The translations under genes were made by a program, and so were the position numbers. From Bacteroidales bacterium (GTDB lineage Bacteria > Bacteroidota > Bacteroidia > Bacteroidales > DTGW01), in assembly GCA_026416115.1 (NCBI GenBank), contig JAOAFU010000128.1:678-64677 (forward strand): a stretch of 64,000 nucleotides of DNA, written 5' to 3'. The notes beneath the pieces were generated by a model, which saw nothing but the letters and a program-made list of their open reading frames with translations, was not told where the DNA came from and did no database searches. Positions 38,795-51,832 of this stretch are shown piece by piece; positions within the stretch are counted from its first letter, which is position 1; every line of letters begins with the position of its first letter.

Positions 38795-40501
38795 ATGGGC
38801 AACTTTTATACCGATAATCCCGACCTTAAATTTCAGCTACAACATCCTTTAATGAAAAGGATTGTAGAACTTAAGGAGAGAAATTTTACCGAAAAAGATA
38901 AATACGACTATGCTCCTCAGGATTTTGAGGATGCTATGGATAGCTATGATAAAGTGCTAGAGATAGTTGGTGAGATCTGTGCTGAAATTGTTGCACCTAA
39001 TGCTGAAGGGGTAGATCATGAAGGCCCTCAATTAGTGAATGGACGTGTAAAATATGCTTCGGGCACACAGGTTAATCTCGATGCACTCAAGCAGGCTGGA
39101 TTAATGGGTATGTCGTTACCACGTCGTTTCGGAGGTTTAAACTTTCCGATTGTACCTTACATTATGGCAGCCGACATAGTTTCGCGCGCCGATGCTAGCT
39201 TTGTAAATATCTGGGGTTTACAGGACTGTGCCGAAACAATCAACGAGTTTGCTTCGGAAGAACAAAAAATGAAGTATCTTCCACGGGTGTGCGAAGGGGC
39301 CACCATGGCTATGGATTTAACCGAACCCGATGCAGGTAGCGACCTACAGGCTGTGATGCTTAAAGCTACATACGACGAAAAAACAAACCAGTGGTACCTT
39401 AATGGGGTAAAACGTTTTATTACCAACGGTGATGGCGATATAGCCCTGGTACTTGCACGTTCGGAAGAAGGCACCACCGATGGCCGTGGACTTTCGATGT
39501 TTATTTACGACCGCCGAAATGGAGGTATTACCGTTCGTCGTATCGAAAACAAGATGGGTATCAAGGGTTCCCCCACCTGCGAACTTGTATTTAAAAATGC
39601 ACCTGCCGAGCTATGCGGCCAGCGTAGATTGGGATTGATAAAATATGTGATGGCTCTTATGAACGGAGCACGTCTGGGTATTGCAGCTCAGTCGGTTGGT
39701 ATCAGCGAAGCCGCTTATCGCGAAGCTCTCGCATACGCAAAAGAACGACAGCAGTTTGGTAAACCCATTATCGAATTTCCTGCCGTGTACGAAATGCTCT
39801 CGGTAATGAAGGCTAAACTCGATGCTTCGCGTTCGCTTCTATACGAGACAGCTCGGTATGTTGATATTTACAAAACATTAATCCATATCTCCGAAGAGCG
39901 CGAATTGACCAAAGAAGAAAAGGAAGAGCTCAAAAAATATCAGAAATGGGCCGATCTATTTACCCCATTGGCTAAAGGCATTGCCTCGGAATTTTGTAAT
40001 CAAAATGCTTACGATGCTGTTCAGATTCACGGCGGTTCGGGTTTTATGAAAGATTACCCAGTTGAACGAATATATCGTGATGCACGTATTACTTCTATTT
40101 ATGAGGGAACAACTCAGTTACAGGTTGTTGCTGCTATTCGTGGGGTAACTACGGGAGCTTATCTTGCGCGAATCAAGGAGTTTGAGGCTACTGAAATTAA
40201 ACCTGAACTCGAAACCTACCGTCGCATTCTTGTTGATATGACAAATGCCTATGAAGAAGCTGTTAAAAAGGTTGTTGACACCAATAACAACGAATTTATC
40301 GACTTTCATGCACGACGTATGGTGGAAATGGCAGGTTTTATCATTATGGGCTATTTACTCCTGCTGGATACCAATAGAGATCACAACTATTGGAAAACAC
40401 TTGAAGTGTATCTTAAGTTTGCCCGTTCGCAAAACGAACAACGTGCCCAGTTTATACGTTACTCCAATGTCAACGACCTGGGTAAATTTAAAGTAGAATA
40501 G
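38795..40501 (+). CDS. acyl-CoA dehydrogenase, long (568 aa) form
   Basis: ACAD core (LTEPDAGSDL, KRFITNGD, QIHGGSGFMKDYPVERIYRDARI..IYEGT) plus a C-terminal extension. Lies immediately downstream of etfBA. Confidence 0.88.
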   Translation: MGNFYTDNPDLKFQLQHPLMKRIVELKERNFTEKDKYDYAPQDFEDAMDSYDKVLEIVGEICAEIVAPNAEGVDHEGPQLVNGRVKYASGTQVNLDALKQAGLMGMSLPRRFGGLNFPIVPYIMAADIVSRADASFVNIWGLQDCAETINEFASEEQKMKYLPRVCEGATMAMDLTEPDAGSDLQAVMLKATYDEKTNQWYLNGVKRFITNGDGDIALVLARSEEGTTDGRGLSMFIYDRRNGGITVRRIENKMGIKGSPTCELVFKNAPAELCGQRRLGLIKYVMALMNGARLGIAAQSVGISEAAYREALAYAKERQQFGKPIIEFPAVYEMLSVMKAKLDASRSLLYETARYVDIYKTLIHISEERELTKEEKEELKKYQKWADLFTPLAKGIASEFCNQNAYDAVQIHGGSGFMKDYPVERIYRDARITSIYEGTTQLQVVAAIRGVTTGAYLARIKEFEATEIKPELETYRRILVDMTNAYEEAVKKVVDTNNNEFIDFHARRMVEMAGFIIMGYLLLLDTNRDHNYWKTLEVYLKFARSQNEQRAQFIRYSNVNDLGKFKVE

Positions 40502-40527
40502 AAAAATTTAGGGTTAGGTATATTTTT

Positions 40528-40565
40528 AAGCTCTGGCCAAAAAAATTGGCTAGAGCTTTTTTTTT
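40528..40565 (+). terminator. intrinsic terminator after the acd gene
   Basis: AAGCTCTGGCCAA / TTGGCTAGAGCTT forms a 13-bp stem (one G-T pair) with a 5-nt loop and a T run. Confidence 0.85.
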
Positions 40566-40605
40566 GTTTTAATTTTGATTAGGCTTAATATTTCTGTTCT
40601 TGGTT

Positions 40606-40613
40606 TATATTTG
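40606..40613 (+). promoter_or_regulatory. candidate -7 box (TATATTTG) for the ABC permease gene
   Basis: Exact TAnnTTTG match 50 nt upstream of the start. Confidence 0.35.
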
Positions 40614-40662
40614 TTTTTAAGTTACAGTGCATGTGAATACGGATTTGGTTAAAAAATAATTA

Positions 40663-41910
40663 ATGTTCAAAATAAATCCATTATTAATCGAAAACATTCG
40701 CATAGCTGTTCGATCGATTAGGGCCAACGCTATACGTAGCTTTTTAACAGTTTTTATTATTGCTTTTGGCATCATGGCTTTAGTTGGTATTCTTACAGCC
40801 ATCGATGCAATTAAAAACACCCTCAATCGCGAATTTTCGCTAATGGGGGCTAATAGTTTTGCAATTGTACAACGCGATGTTCAGGTTCGACAATTTGGAC
40901 GACAGGAACGTCGGCTCAACGATCCTAATATCACCTACCAACAAGCCAGAGAGTTTAAAGAAAGATATACTTTTCCTGCCATTGTTGCCATTTCGGGTCA
41001 TGTGTCGGGTATGACAACTGTTAAATATGGAACCGAAAAAACCAATCCTAATATCGATGTGTGGGGAGTCGACGAAAATGATGTCCTTACCTCCGGCCGT
41101 GAAATTGAAAAAGGTAGAAATTTTACAACCGACGAGATTGAAATGGCTAAGCATGTAACCATTCTTGGTGCCGAAGTTGCCCGAAAACTTTTTAAAACAA
41201 ATGAAGATCCTATTGGAAAAGTGGTTTCAATTGCAAATGGCAAGTATAGAGTGATAGGTATTTTTAAAGAAAAAGGTTCAAGTTTCGGTGGGTGGGACAG
41301 AATATGCCTTATTCCTGTTACTAATGCACGACAGTATTTTCCTAACCCTAATCAGACATACCGAATCAATATAAAACCTATCGATGCTCAGTTGTACGAA
41401 ATTGCTATGCAGGAAGCCGAAGGGTTATTTAGAATTATTAGAAGACTTAAACCTTCGGACGAAAGTGATTTTTCGCTCGAAGCTAGTAATTCAATTTCTC
41501 AGATGCTGATAAATAACATTCGATTAGTTACATTGGCAGCAACGCTTATTGGTATTATTACACTTTTCGGTGCTGCTATTGGTTTGATGAATATCATGCT
41601 GGTATCGGTAACCGAACGTACTACCGAAATTGGTATTAGAAAAGCTATTGGTGCAAAGGCATCTACAATTCTTCAGCAATTTCTTATCGAAGCTATTATT
41701 ATAGGTCAGCTTGGAGGTGTGGTAGGTATTTTCTTGGGAATCGGTATAGGCAATATGGTGTCATTGATTATGGGTGGTAAGTTTATTATTCCATGGGTGT
41801 GGATACTAACTGGAGTGTTTTTATGTCTTGTAGTTAGCCTTGTTTCAGGAATGTTTCCCGCGCAAAAAGCGGCCAAAGTCGATCCCATTGTTTCGCTCAG
41901 GTACGAGTAA
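40663..41910 (+). CDS. ABC transporter permease (MacB-like periplasmic domain plus FtsX domain)
   Basis: 415 aa. N-terminal TM, large periplasmic domain, and a C-terminal FtsX-type 3-TM region (ERTTEIGIRKAIGA). Confidence 0.85.
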   Translation: MFKINPLLIENIRIAVRSIRANAIRSFLTVFIIAFGIMALVGILTAIDAIKNTLNREFSLMGANSFAIVQRDVQVRQFGRQERRLNDPNITYQQAREFKERYTFPAIVAISGHVSGMTTVKYGTEKTNPNIDVWGVDENDVLTSGREIEKGRNFTTDEIEMAKHVTILGAEVARKLFKTNEDPIGKVVSIANGKYRVIGIFKEKGSSFGGWDRICLIPVTNARQYFPNPNQTYRINIKPIDAQLYEIAMQEAEGLFRIIRRLKPSDESDFSLEASNSISQMLINNIRLVTLAATLIGIITLFGAAIGLMNIMLVSVTERTTEIGIRKAIGAKASTILQQFLIEAIIIGQLGGVVGIFLGIGIGNMVSLIMGGKFIIPWVWILTGVFLCLVVSLVSGMFPAQKAAKVDPIVSLRYE

Positions 41911-41921
41911 ACTTTTTTTTT
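41890..41921 (+). terminator. possible intrinsic terminator overlapping the permease stop codon
   Basis: Imperfect hairpin GTTTCGCTC-AGGTAC-GAGTAAAC followed by T9. Confidence 0.4.
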
Positions 41922-41993
41922 CATCAAAAATAGGTTTATTTCTTTCGTTTTAAGACTTAACCATTTTTTTCTATGTTATTTTAAGATTTTTTC

Positions 41994-42001
41994 TATATTT
42001 G
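41994..42001 (+). promoter_or_regulatory. candidate -7 box (TATATTTG) for DUF1987-ligA
   Basis: Exact TAnnTTTG match 22 nt upstream of the ATG at 42023. Confidence 0.4.
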
Positions 42002-42022
42002 TAACAACCTAACTTTTTCGAC

Positions 42023-45865
<3,843 letters not shown>

Positions 45866-45877
45866 TTTTCAAGAAAG

Positions 45878-46585
45878 TTAGATATTTTCCTCTTCATCTT
45901 TGAGCATGTAGCCTAAACCAACGCGGGTGTGTATTAAACGTTTCGAAAAACCAGTGTCGATTTTCTTTCTAAGAAAGTTAATATACACATCAACTACGTT
46001 TGTTCCTGTATCGAAGTCGACACCCCAAATTTTTTCTGTAAGCTCGAGGCGTGATATAACTTTTCCTTCGTTGAGGGCCAAATATTCGAGTAAGGCATAC
46101 TCTTTAGCTGTAAGATCTACCTTTTTACCCGAACGAATAGCAATTTTTGCATTTCGGTCGATAATTAGGTCGGCTATCTGAATTTTAGCTTCTGGCTCTT
46201 TAGTAATTCGCTGAAACGAACGCTTAAGTAAGGCACGTATTCGAACAAGTAATTCATCAAATTCGAAAGGTTTGAGTAGGTAGTCGTCGGCACCGAAATC
46301 AAAACCTTTGACTTTATCCTCGAGACTACCCATGGCTGTAAGCATCAGGATGGGTACCTGTAGATTAGTTCGTCTGATGGCTTGGCACACTTCAAACCCA
46401 TCCATTAGAGGAAGTTTAATATCGAGAATGATAAGATCATAATTTTCTTTAAATGCTTTCTCTTTTCCAGCAAGACCGTCGTAAGCAATATCTACTTTGA
46501 AATTGTGTTCTTCGAGTCCTTTCTGAATAAAAGCTGCAACCTTTTTTTCGTCTTCAATAATAAGTATTCGAGCTGTTTCTTCCAT
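45878..46585 (-). CDS. OmpR/PhoB-type response regulator
   Basis: Receiver domain (ILIIEDE..DLIILDIKLP) plus a winged-helix output domain (LT.KEYALLEYL). The start is moved to MEETARIL because the -7 box covers the longer track start. Confidence 0.9.
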   Translation of the reverse strand: MEETARILIIEDEKKVAAFIQKGLEEHNFKVDIAYDGLAGKEKAFKENYDLIILDIKLPLMDGFEVCQAIRRTNLQVPILMLTAMGSLEDKVKGFDFGADDYLLKPFEFDELLVRIRALLKRSFQRITKEPEAKIQIADLIIDRNAKIAIRSGKKVDLTAKEYALLEYLALNEGKVISRLELTEKIWGVDFDTGTNVVDVYINFLRKKIDTGFSKRLIHTRVGLGYMLKDEEENI

Positions 46586-46609
46586 AGAATAGCGTGCTAC
46601 ATTAACACA

Positions 46610-46617
46610 CAAAGTTA
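46610..46617 (-). promoter_or_regulatory. candidate -7 box (TAACTTTG) for the RR-HK operon
   Basis: Exact TAnnTTTG match 25 nt upstream of the ATG at 46585. Confidence 0.4.
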
Positions 46618-46667
46618 ATCATTATGTTGTAGATAAAGTAAGTAGCATGTTAGAATGAAAAAAAAAT

Positions 46668-46675
46668 TATCTTTG
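46668..46675 (+). promoter_or_regulatory. candidate -7 box (TATCTTTG) for ilvC
   Basis: Exact TAnnTTTG match 64 nt upstream of the ATG at 46739. Confidence 0.3.
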
Positions 46676-46738
46676 TGTCGAAAAAAGAAGGAAAGAACTA
46701 TTAGTTCGTTTAAACTATTAATTTACAAATTAATACAC

Positions 46739-47785
46739 ATGGCTAAAATTAATTTTGGTGGGGTTATAGAAGAAGTAGTAACCCGCGAAGAGTTTCCCTT
46801 AAGCAAGGCGTTGGAAGTATTGAAGAACGAGACCATTGCCGTAATTGGGTATGGTGTTCAGGGGCCAGCGCAGTCGCTCAATATGCGCGACAACGGATTT
46901 AATGTAATTATCGGACAGGCACCCGAATTCAAGGCCGACTGGGATAAGGCAGTTAACGATGGATGGGTACCGGGCAAAACACTTTTCCCAATAGAAGAGG
47001 CTGCTGCAAAAGGTACAATTATTCAGTATCTTGTGTCGGATGCAGCTCAGCGTGCCCTTTGGCCTGTGATTAAGCCTCATCTTACTAAAGGGAAAGCTCT
47101 GTATTTTTCCCACGGTTTTTCTATTACTTATAAAGATCAAACCGGGGTTGTACCTCCTGCCGACATAGACGTAATACTGGTTGCTCCTAAAGGTTCAGGT
47201 ACCAGTGTTCGTAGAAACTTTCTAGCTGGTTCGGGTATAAACAGTAGTTATGCTGTATTTCAGGATGCTACTGGTAAAGCACTCGAACGTACCTTGGCAT
47301 TGGGTATTGCCATAGGTTCGGGGTATTTGTTCCCAACCACTTTTGAAAAGGAAGTTTATAGCGACCTTACTGGCGAACGTGGAGTTCTTATGGGTGCACT
47401 GGCCGGAATTATGGATGCTCAGTACGAAGTATTACGTAAAAATGGTCACAGCCCCTCCGAAGCTTTTAACGAAACAGTTGAGGAGCTTACTCAAAGTCTT
47501 ATTCGTTTGGTCGACGAAAAAGGCATGGATTGGATGTATGCCAATTGCTCGGCTACCGCACAGCGTGGCGCTCTCGACTGGCGTCCAAGATTTAAAGAAG
47601 CTGTTATGCCAGTTTTTGAAGACCTTTATCAACGAGTTAAGGATGGTCGTGAATGTAAACGAGTACTCGAAGCTACCAGTGGTCCTAACTACAAAGAACA
47701 GCTCGAAAAAGAACTTAAAGAGCTGCGCGAAAGCGAAATATGGGCTACCGGAGCCGAAGTTCGTAAATTACGTCCTAAAGTTTAA
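46739..47785 (+). CDS. ilvC: ketol-acid reductoisomerase
   Basis: IAVIGYGVQGPAQSLNMRDNG Rossmann motif and typical class I length. The start is moved to MAKINFGG; the track extension is Lys-rich junk containing the promoter. Confidence 0.92.
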   Translation: MAKINFGGVIEEVVTREEFPLSKALEVLKNETIAVIGYGVQGPAQSLNMRDNGFNVIIGQAPEFKADWDKAVNDGWVPGKTLFPIEEAAAKGTIIQYLVSDAAQRALWPVIKPHLTKGKALYFSHGFSITYKDQTGVVPPADIDVILVAPKGSGTSVRRNFLAGSGINSSYAVFQDATGKALERTLALGIAIGSGYLFPTTFEKEVYSDLTGERGVLMGALAGIMDAQYEVLRKNGHSPSEAFNETVEELTQSLIRLVDEKGMDWMYANCSATAQRGALDWRPRFKEAVMPVFEDLYQRVKDGRECKRVLEATSGPNYKEQLEKELKELRESEIWATGAEVRKLRPKV

Positions 47786-47804
47786 ACTTTATATTTTCTT
47801 AAAG

Positions 47805-47837
47805 AAAAAGCTGCCCCACTTCGGGCAGCTTTTTTTG
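47805..47837 (+). terminator. intrinsic terminator after ilvC
   Basis: AAAAAGCTGCCC / GGGCAGCTTTTT forms a 12-bp stem with a 6-nt loop CACTTC and a T run. Confidence 0.88.
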
Positions 47838-48192
47838 CGTTCAACTACTAACCAATTAAAAATAAGCTAACCTAAATTATGCAATCAAAGTTACGGGTAG
47901 AACCTTATAATAATTGCATTTTCTTCCTATTTTTTTGTTAATGTTTACGGTACAGAATGTTAACAGAAAATCTCTATGTTTTTTAATAATTAGTTGTTGG
48001 TTAATAATTAAGATCCTAATTTATTAATTTTCAAAAAATTAGCTTTAATGTTTTTTTAGACCTTGAATAACCTAATATGTTATTTGGCAACGTTCCAAAG
48101 CACATCATACATTGCCCTCTCATTTAAGTTAATAAGATAGTAAAGCAGAAAGGATTTAAGTCGCTGCTGGTAAGATTAGTAGTAGAAGGAAG

Positions 48193-48281
48193 CGGAGAGC
48201 GAGGGATTCGAACCCCCGGACCCACATAAGCAGGTCAACAGATTTCGAGTCTGCCCCATTCGACCACTCTGGCAGCTCTCC
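48193..48281 (-). tRNA. tRNA-Ser (anticodon CGA); CCA not encoded
   Basis: Folded by hand: acceptor GGAGAGC/GCTCTCC, anticodon loop CTCGAAA, a long 7-bp variable arm, and T-loop GGTTCGAATCC. 89 nt. Confidence 0.9.
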
Positions 48282-48291
48282 AAGTTGTGCG

Positions 48292-48299
48292 CAAAATTA
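48292..48299 (-). promoter_or_regulatory. candidate -7 box (TAATTTTG) for tRNA-Ser
   Basis: Exact TAnnTTTG match 11 nt upstream of the mature tRNA 5' end. Confidence 0.45.
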
Positions 48300-48351
48300 A
48301 TATTTAATTTTAACCTCGCAAAATTATAAAGCAAAACTACACGTTTAGAAC

Positions 48352-48359
48352 TATATTTG
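48352..48359 (+). promoter_or_regulatory. candidate -7 box (TATATTTG) for the TlpA-like gene
   Basis: Exact TAnnTTTG match 24 nt upstream of the start at 48383. Confidence 0.4.
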
Positions 48360-48382
48360 CCCAATAACTTCTATAAATTTAG

Positions 48383-49471
48383 ATGATCATGAGAGTATGG
48401 CTTACTTTGATTGTTATCGGAATTGTCTCGTGTACAACCAACGATTCAAAAAACTTTCAGATTGATGGTTTTGTTGAGGGTGCCACCGACAGAATAATTA
48501 TCGTTAAAAAATTTGATGGTGAAGGTTATATTACAATCGATTCGATTAAGGTTCGCAATGGTGAGTTTTCTTATAAGGGAAAGTTAAAACATCCCGAATT
48601 ATTCCGATTTTATCTGAATAATACTGAGGAATATTTTCCAGTTTTTATCGAAAATAAGAGAATAGCAATTAATACCTCGGTTAAAGATTTTCGTTCTGCA
48701 AAAGTTAGTGGTTCTGAGAGCCATATGCTATACATGTCGTTTGTTTACAAGGTAGATAGTATAAATCGTTCGGCATCTCCTTTAATTGTTCAGCTTAAGA
48801 ATAAGCAATTGGATGAAAATAAGAAGATCGCTATAAAGGCACGTCTCGATAGCATCTCAAAACAACAACTTGATTATGTTAAATCGTTTGTATTAATGTA
48901 CCCCCGTTCGGTAGTTTCTCTTTATATTCTTTATAAATATTTATCTAACGAATTACCCGTCGAGGAGTTTGAGCAGCTCTATCGTCAGATGGATACGTCG
49001 TTATATCAAACTAAGTATGCTAATTATATCGAACATCAACTAGAAATCTTAAAACATACACAGGTAGGACAAAAAGCATTTAATATAATACTGCCCGATA
49101 CAACTGGTACCAGTGTCGCTCTACATGATATTAAGAGCCGTTTTGTCATTGTTCAATTCTGGGCCTCGTGGTGCGATGCTTGTAGAGAAGAGATGCCCGA
49201 GATGGTTAAATATTTCGAAAAAAATAAAAAGCAACTTTCTATTTACAGTGTGTCCCTCGATACAAATTTTAAACGTTGGACAGAGGCTATAAGGTACTTT
49301 AAAATGAATTGGACAAATGTTTCGGACCTAAAAGGTTGGAAAAACTCTGCTGCTGTAACATTTGGAATAAGATCCATTCCCTCATATATACTGCTCGACG
49401 AAGAAAAAAAGATTTTATACAGGGGTTCAAGTCTTGATCAAATAAAAAACATAATGGAAGTTGGAAGATAA
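48383..49471 (+). CDS. TlpA-like thiol:disulfide oxidoreductase lipoprotein (N-terminal beta domain plus thioredoxin fold)
   Basis: Lipobox (GIVSC) and a thioredoxin-fold active site, FWASWCDACREEMP. Confidence 0.85.
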   Translation: MIMRVWLTLIVIGIVSCTTNDSKNFQIDGFVEGATDRIIIVKKFDGEGYITIDSIKVRNGEFSYKGKLKHPELFRFYLNNTEEYFPVFIENKRIAINTSVKDFRSAKVSGSESHMLYMSFVYKVDSINRSASPLIVQLKNKQLDENKKIAIKARLDSISKQQLDYVKSFVLMYPRSVVSLYILYKYLSNELPVEEFEQLYRQMDTSLYQTKYANYIEHQLEILKHTQVGQKAFNIILPDTTGTSVALHDIKSRFVIVQFWASWCDACREEMPEMVKYFEKNKKQLSIYSVSLDTNFKRWTEAIRYFKMNWTNVSDLKGWKNSAAVTFGIRSIPSYILLDEEKKILYRGSSLDQIKNIMEVGR

Positions 49472-49484
49472 TATGCAAAAAAAC

Positions 49485-49492
49485 TATTTTTG
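49485..49492 (+). promoter_or_regulatory. candidate -7 box (TATTTTTG) for the 49568 gene pair
   Basis: Exact TAnnTTTG match 76 nt upstream of the start, a longer spacing than the others. Confidence 0.25.
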
Positions 49493-49567
49493 TTAGATAA
49501 AAATTGAACAAGATTTTTTAACTGCGTAATATGCACAAGCTTACTTTAAATTTTAAATAAACAAAAC

Positions 49568-49909
49568 ATGAAACCTATTAAAAGTGCATTGGGAATTTCA
49601 GTCTGGCTGCTTAGACTATCGTTTCTTTTTATGGTTGCTGTTACATTTGGAGAGGAAGTTTTAGCCTTCGAATACCGTGGCAGGGAGTTTTATTTTGCTG
49701 CTGCCTATTTAATATTAACCCTATTGATATTTTTGGGAGGTTTTTCATCTAAACCGACGCTTACGGTTTTACCCGGCTTGTTGATATGTTTACTGTCGAT
49801 ATATACGATAGTCCTTCAAATTATGAATGGTTACAATGCTTCTCTTGCCACCATGTTTATGCTCTGTACCCTTGGTTTTTTCTTTGCTTGTAAAGGAACT
49901 AATAAATGA
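49568..49909 (+). CDS. hypothetical small membrane protein (about 4 TM)
   Basis: 113 aa with four hydrophobic segments. Its stop overlaps the next start (ATGA). Confidence 0.5.
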   Translation: MKPIKSALGISVWLLRLSFLFMVAVTFGEEVLAFEYRGREFYFAAAYLILTLLIFLGGFSSKPTLTVLPGLLICLLSIYTIVLQIMNGYNASLATMFMLCTLGFFFACKGTNK

Positions 49910-50679
49910 AAACATCCTCGACTGGAAATTTGCTTTTAATAATTTGCCTGGCGTTTATTTTATCTCCCAGGGAGTTTTTACTTTGTCAAACTAAAACTAA
50001 CGAAATTAAGGAAGCTACTGTTACCTATAAGAGAAGCGGTACACATTCGACCGATCCCAATGCAAAACCAACTCAACCCAATCAGCCGACCACAACCCCT
50101 GCAATGGCTAAAAAAGATCATACGCAGCCAGTTGGCGAAAAAATGGATACTATTATCAAACTTGGAGGGAAAAGAATTGTATGTAGTGTAAAAAAAGTGA
50201 ACCCATCGTCGGTTACTTATAGCCTGCCAAGTTCAAACGTTCAGTTGGATATTTTACGCAAGGATATTGAAAAGATTATATATAAAACAGGCAAGGTAGA
50301 TGTTTTTAACAAGCCTATTTTTTCGGTTGTGGATAAGCTCGACTGGCAAGCAGTAATGATTACAGAAAACCCCTCGGATGTTTCGGGTTTATATCAACGA
50401 GGTGTTATTAAGGCCAATGCTTCTTCGGGCAGTAGAAGTCCTAAAGCTGCCAAACAGAGTGCAATGATCAGGTTGCAAAAGAAAGCAGCCAACATGGGGG
50501 CTCTTATAGTATTGTTAGTACGATCGGAGATGAAAGGTGGCTATGGGGAGATCCCCGGATGGGAACTTGAGGGCATAGCATACAGCGATACACCACCTAC
50601 CGATACAGCTGCTGTTAATAAAGCCATTCGTGAACTAATTGAGCGAACCAATCAGGCCAAAGCCAAAGGTGGCCAATAA
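49906..50679 (+). CDS. hypothetical exported protein with a Pro/Thr-rich linker
   Basis: N-terminal signal, a PNAKPTQPNQPTTTPA linker, and a C-terminal domain (AAKQSAMIRLQKKAANMGALIVLL) of unknown family. Confidence 0.5.
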   Translation: MKTSSTGNLLLIICLAFILSPREFLLCQTKTNEIKEATVTYKRSGTHSTDPNAKPTQPNQPTTTPAMAKKDHTQPVGEKMDTIIKLGGKRIVCSVKKVNPSSVTYSLPSSNVQLDILRKDIEKIIYKTGKVDVFNKPIFSVVDKLDWQAVMITENPSDVSGLYQRGVIKANASSGSRSPKAAKQSAMIRLQKKAANMGALIVLLVRSEMKGGYGEIPGWELEGIAYSDTPPTDTAAVNKAIRELIERTNQAKAKGGQ

Positions 50680-50681
50680 AA

Positions 50682-51698
50682 CTATTCGTAGCGGCTATAA
50701 AACCATATTTTTAATTCAGGATGTGTTTGTGTAATACGGATATATTCATTTACTGCTCTTTGCCGATCGGGAAATGCTATCAATGAAACCCGAAACAAAG
50801 TATCGTTAAAGGATAAAATATTTGGCGTAAAACCTAACTGTTTTAGCTCTTTCTGACATTCCATAGCATTTTCCTTATTCTTAAAACTTCCAGCAATAAT
50901 ATGGTAAACCAGTTGTTTTGATTCAACTTTTTCTTCCGACATCACTTTATTTTCATTCGTGTCTAAATTGGCCTTTTTTTCTTGTTCTATTGATAAAGCT
51001 TGACGGTTGATCTGTCGAATTTCTTCTATATGCGGCGATTCGGACTTTTTAAACCATGGAATCTCAGCAATCCAGTGTTCAATGGGAGTAAGAACCTTAG
51101 TTAGTTCGAAATTCTTTAATATGTTCGAATTGGCTATTACAAAAAAGAGAACAATGATAGCAGCAGCTGAAATAAGCCCGACCTTAACAAAGGTAGGGAA
51201 ACCAGAGCTTTTACGAAAATTTTTTGGAGTCACTGAGGATTGGGCTAAAGTTGATGTTTGCGACTGCAATGTTGATGTTTCGGCTGAAGCAGGTAGGCTA
51301 ATGTCTTTATAGCCCATGTTATAAGCAAAAAGAGAGCTGTTTTTGTCTTCCTCAAACACTATCTTGTTATCAACATGCTTTAATGTTCCTATTTGTGGAA
51401 TTTTGTAAGTTTTACTTTCTGCTAATTGCTTTTTAATCTCTGTTAAGAAGTTATTGAAAATTTCATGTGCCTCTTTCTCGGAGAAATGATGGTTTATTTT
51501 CAAAAAATTGATAAAATCGTCAATTGGCTCGTTGGTGAGTTCAATAAACTCGATTTTATAGCGAGGTGGAAGAATTTTACGCGTGAAACGTAAAACTTCG
51601 GCAGGCTGATAAGTGTACTTTATAAGGCCAATGCCAGGTAATGAGATTTTCTGTTTTTTTTCGAGATAGGCAATTATAATGTTTTGAATGTTTAACAT
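50682..51698 (-). CDS. SPOR domain-containing protein with an HU-like N-terminal domain
   Basis: Central TM segment and a C-terminal SPOR-like repeat (YHIIAGSFKNKENA...LGF...FRVSL). Confidence 0.7.
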   Translation of the reverse strand: MLNIQNIIIAYLEKKQKISLPGIGLIKYTYQPAEVLRFTRKILPPRYKIEFIELTNEPIDDFINFLKINHHFSEKEAHEIFNNFLTEIKKQLAESKTYKIPQIGTLKHVDNKIVFEEDKNSSLFAYNMGYKDISLPASAETSTLQSQTSTLAQSSVTPKNFRKSSGFPTFVKVGLISAAAIIVLFFVIANSNILKNFELTKVLTPIEHWIAEIPWFKKSESPHIEEIRQINRQALSIEQEKKANLDTNENKVMSEEKVESKQLVYHIIAGSFKNKENAMECQKELKQLGFTPNILSFNDTLFRVSLIAFPDRQRAVNEYIRITQTHPELKIWFYSRYE

Positions 51699-51724
51699 CG
51701 TTACTGTTATTACTAAAACTAAAA

Positions 51725-51732
51725 CAAACTTA
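51725..51732 (-). promoter_or_regulatory. candidate -7 box (TAAGTTTG) for the SPOR gene
   Basis: Exact TAnnTTTG match 27 nt upstream of the start at 51698. Another match (TATATTTG) lies at 51750-51757. Confidence 0.35.
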
Positions 51733-51832
51733 ATTTATTTTTTAATTTTCAAATATACACCTAACAAATTATTCTACAATCAGACTTGCCTATCGTTTCT
51801 CAATACACCGATTTCAATTAAAAATTTGCCTA

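Noticed and set aside
47343-47870. A 175-aa plus-strand ORF overlapping the 3' half of ilvC in another frame and running through its terminator.
   Set aside because: It is an out-of-frame overlap with a clearly conserved ilvC and reads through a strong terminator hairpin. The composition looks like frame-shifted noise.
47886-47893. A minus-strand TAnnTTTG match (TAACTTTG) pointing back into the ilvC terminator. A similar minus-strand match lies at 26685-26692, about 300 nt from ruvX.
   Set aside because: Neither has a gene at a sensible distance. They are consistent with the expected background rate of the 6-position motif in AT-rich intergenic DNA.
47838-48192. The 350-bp AT-rich gap 3' of tRNA-Ser as a possible integration-site scar (island boundary).
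   Set aside because: I saw no integrase, no direct repeat of the tRNA 3' end and no foreign-looking genes on either side. Flanking genes are housekeeping (ilvC and a TlpA-like gene).
48176-48364. A 62-aa minus-strand ORF in the tRNA region.
   Set aside because: It is fully explained by the tRNA-Ser(CGA) gene (48193-48281) and its promoter.
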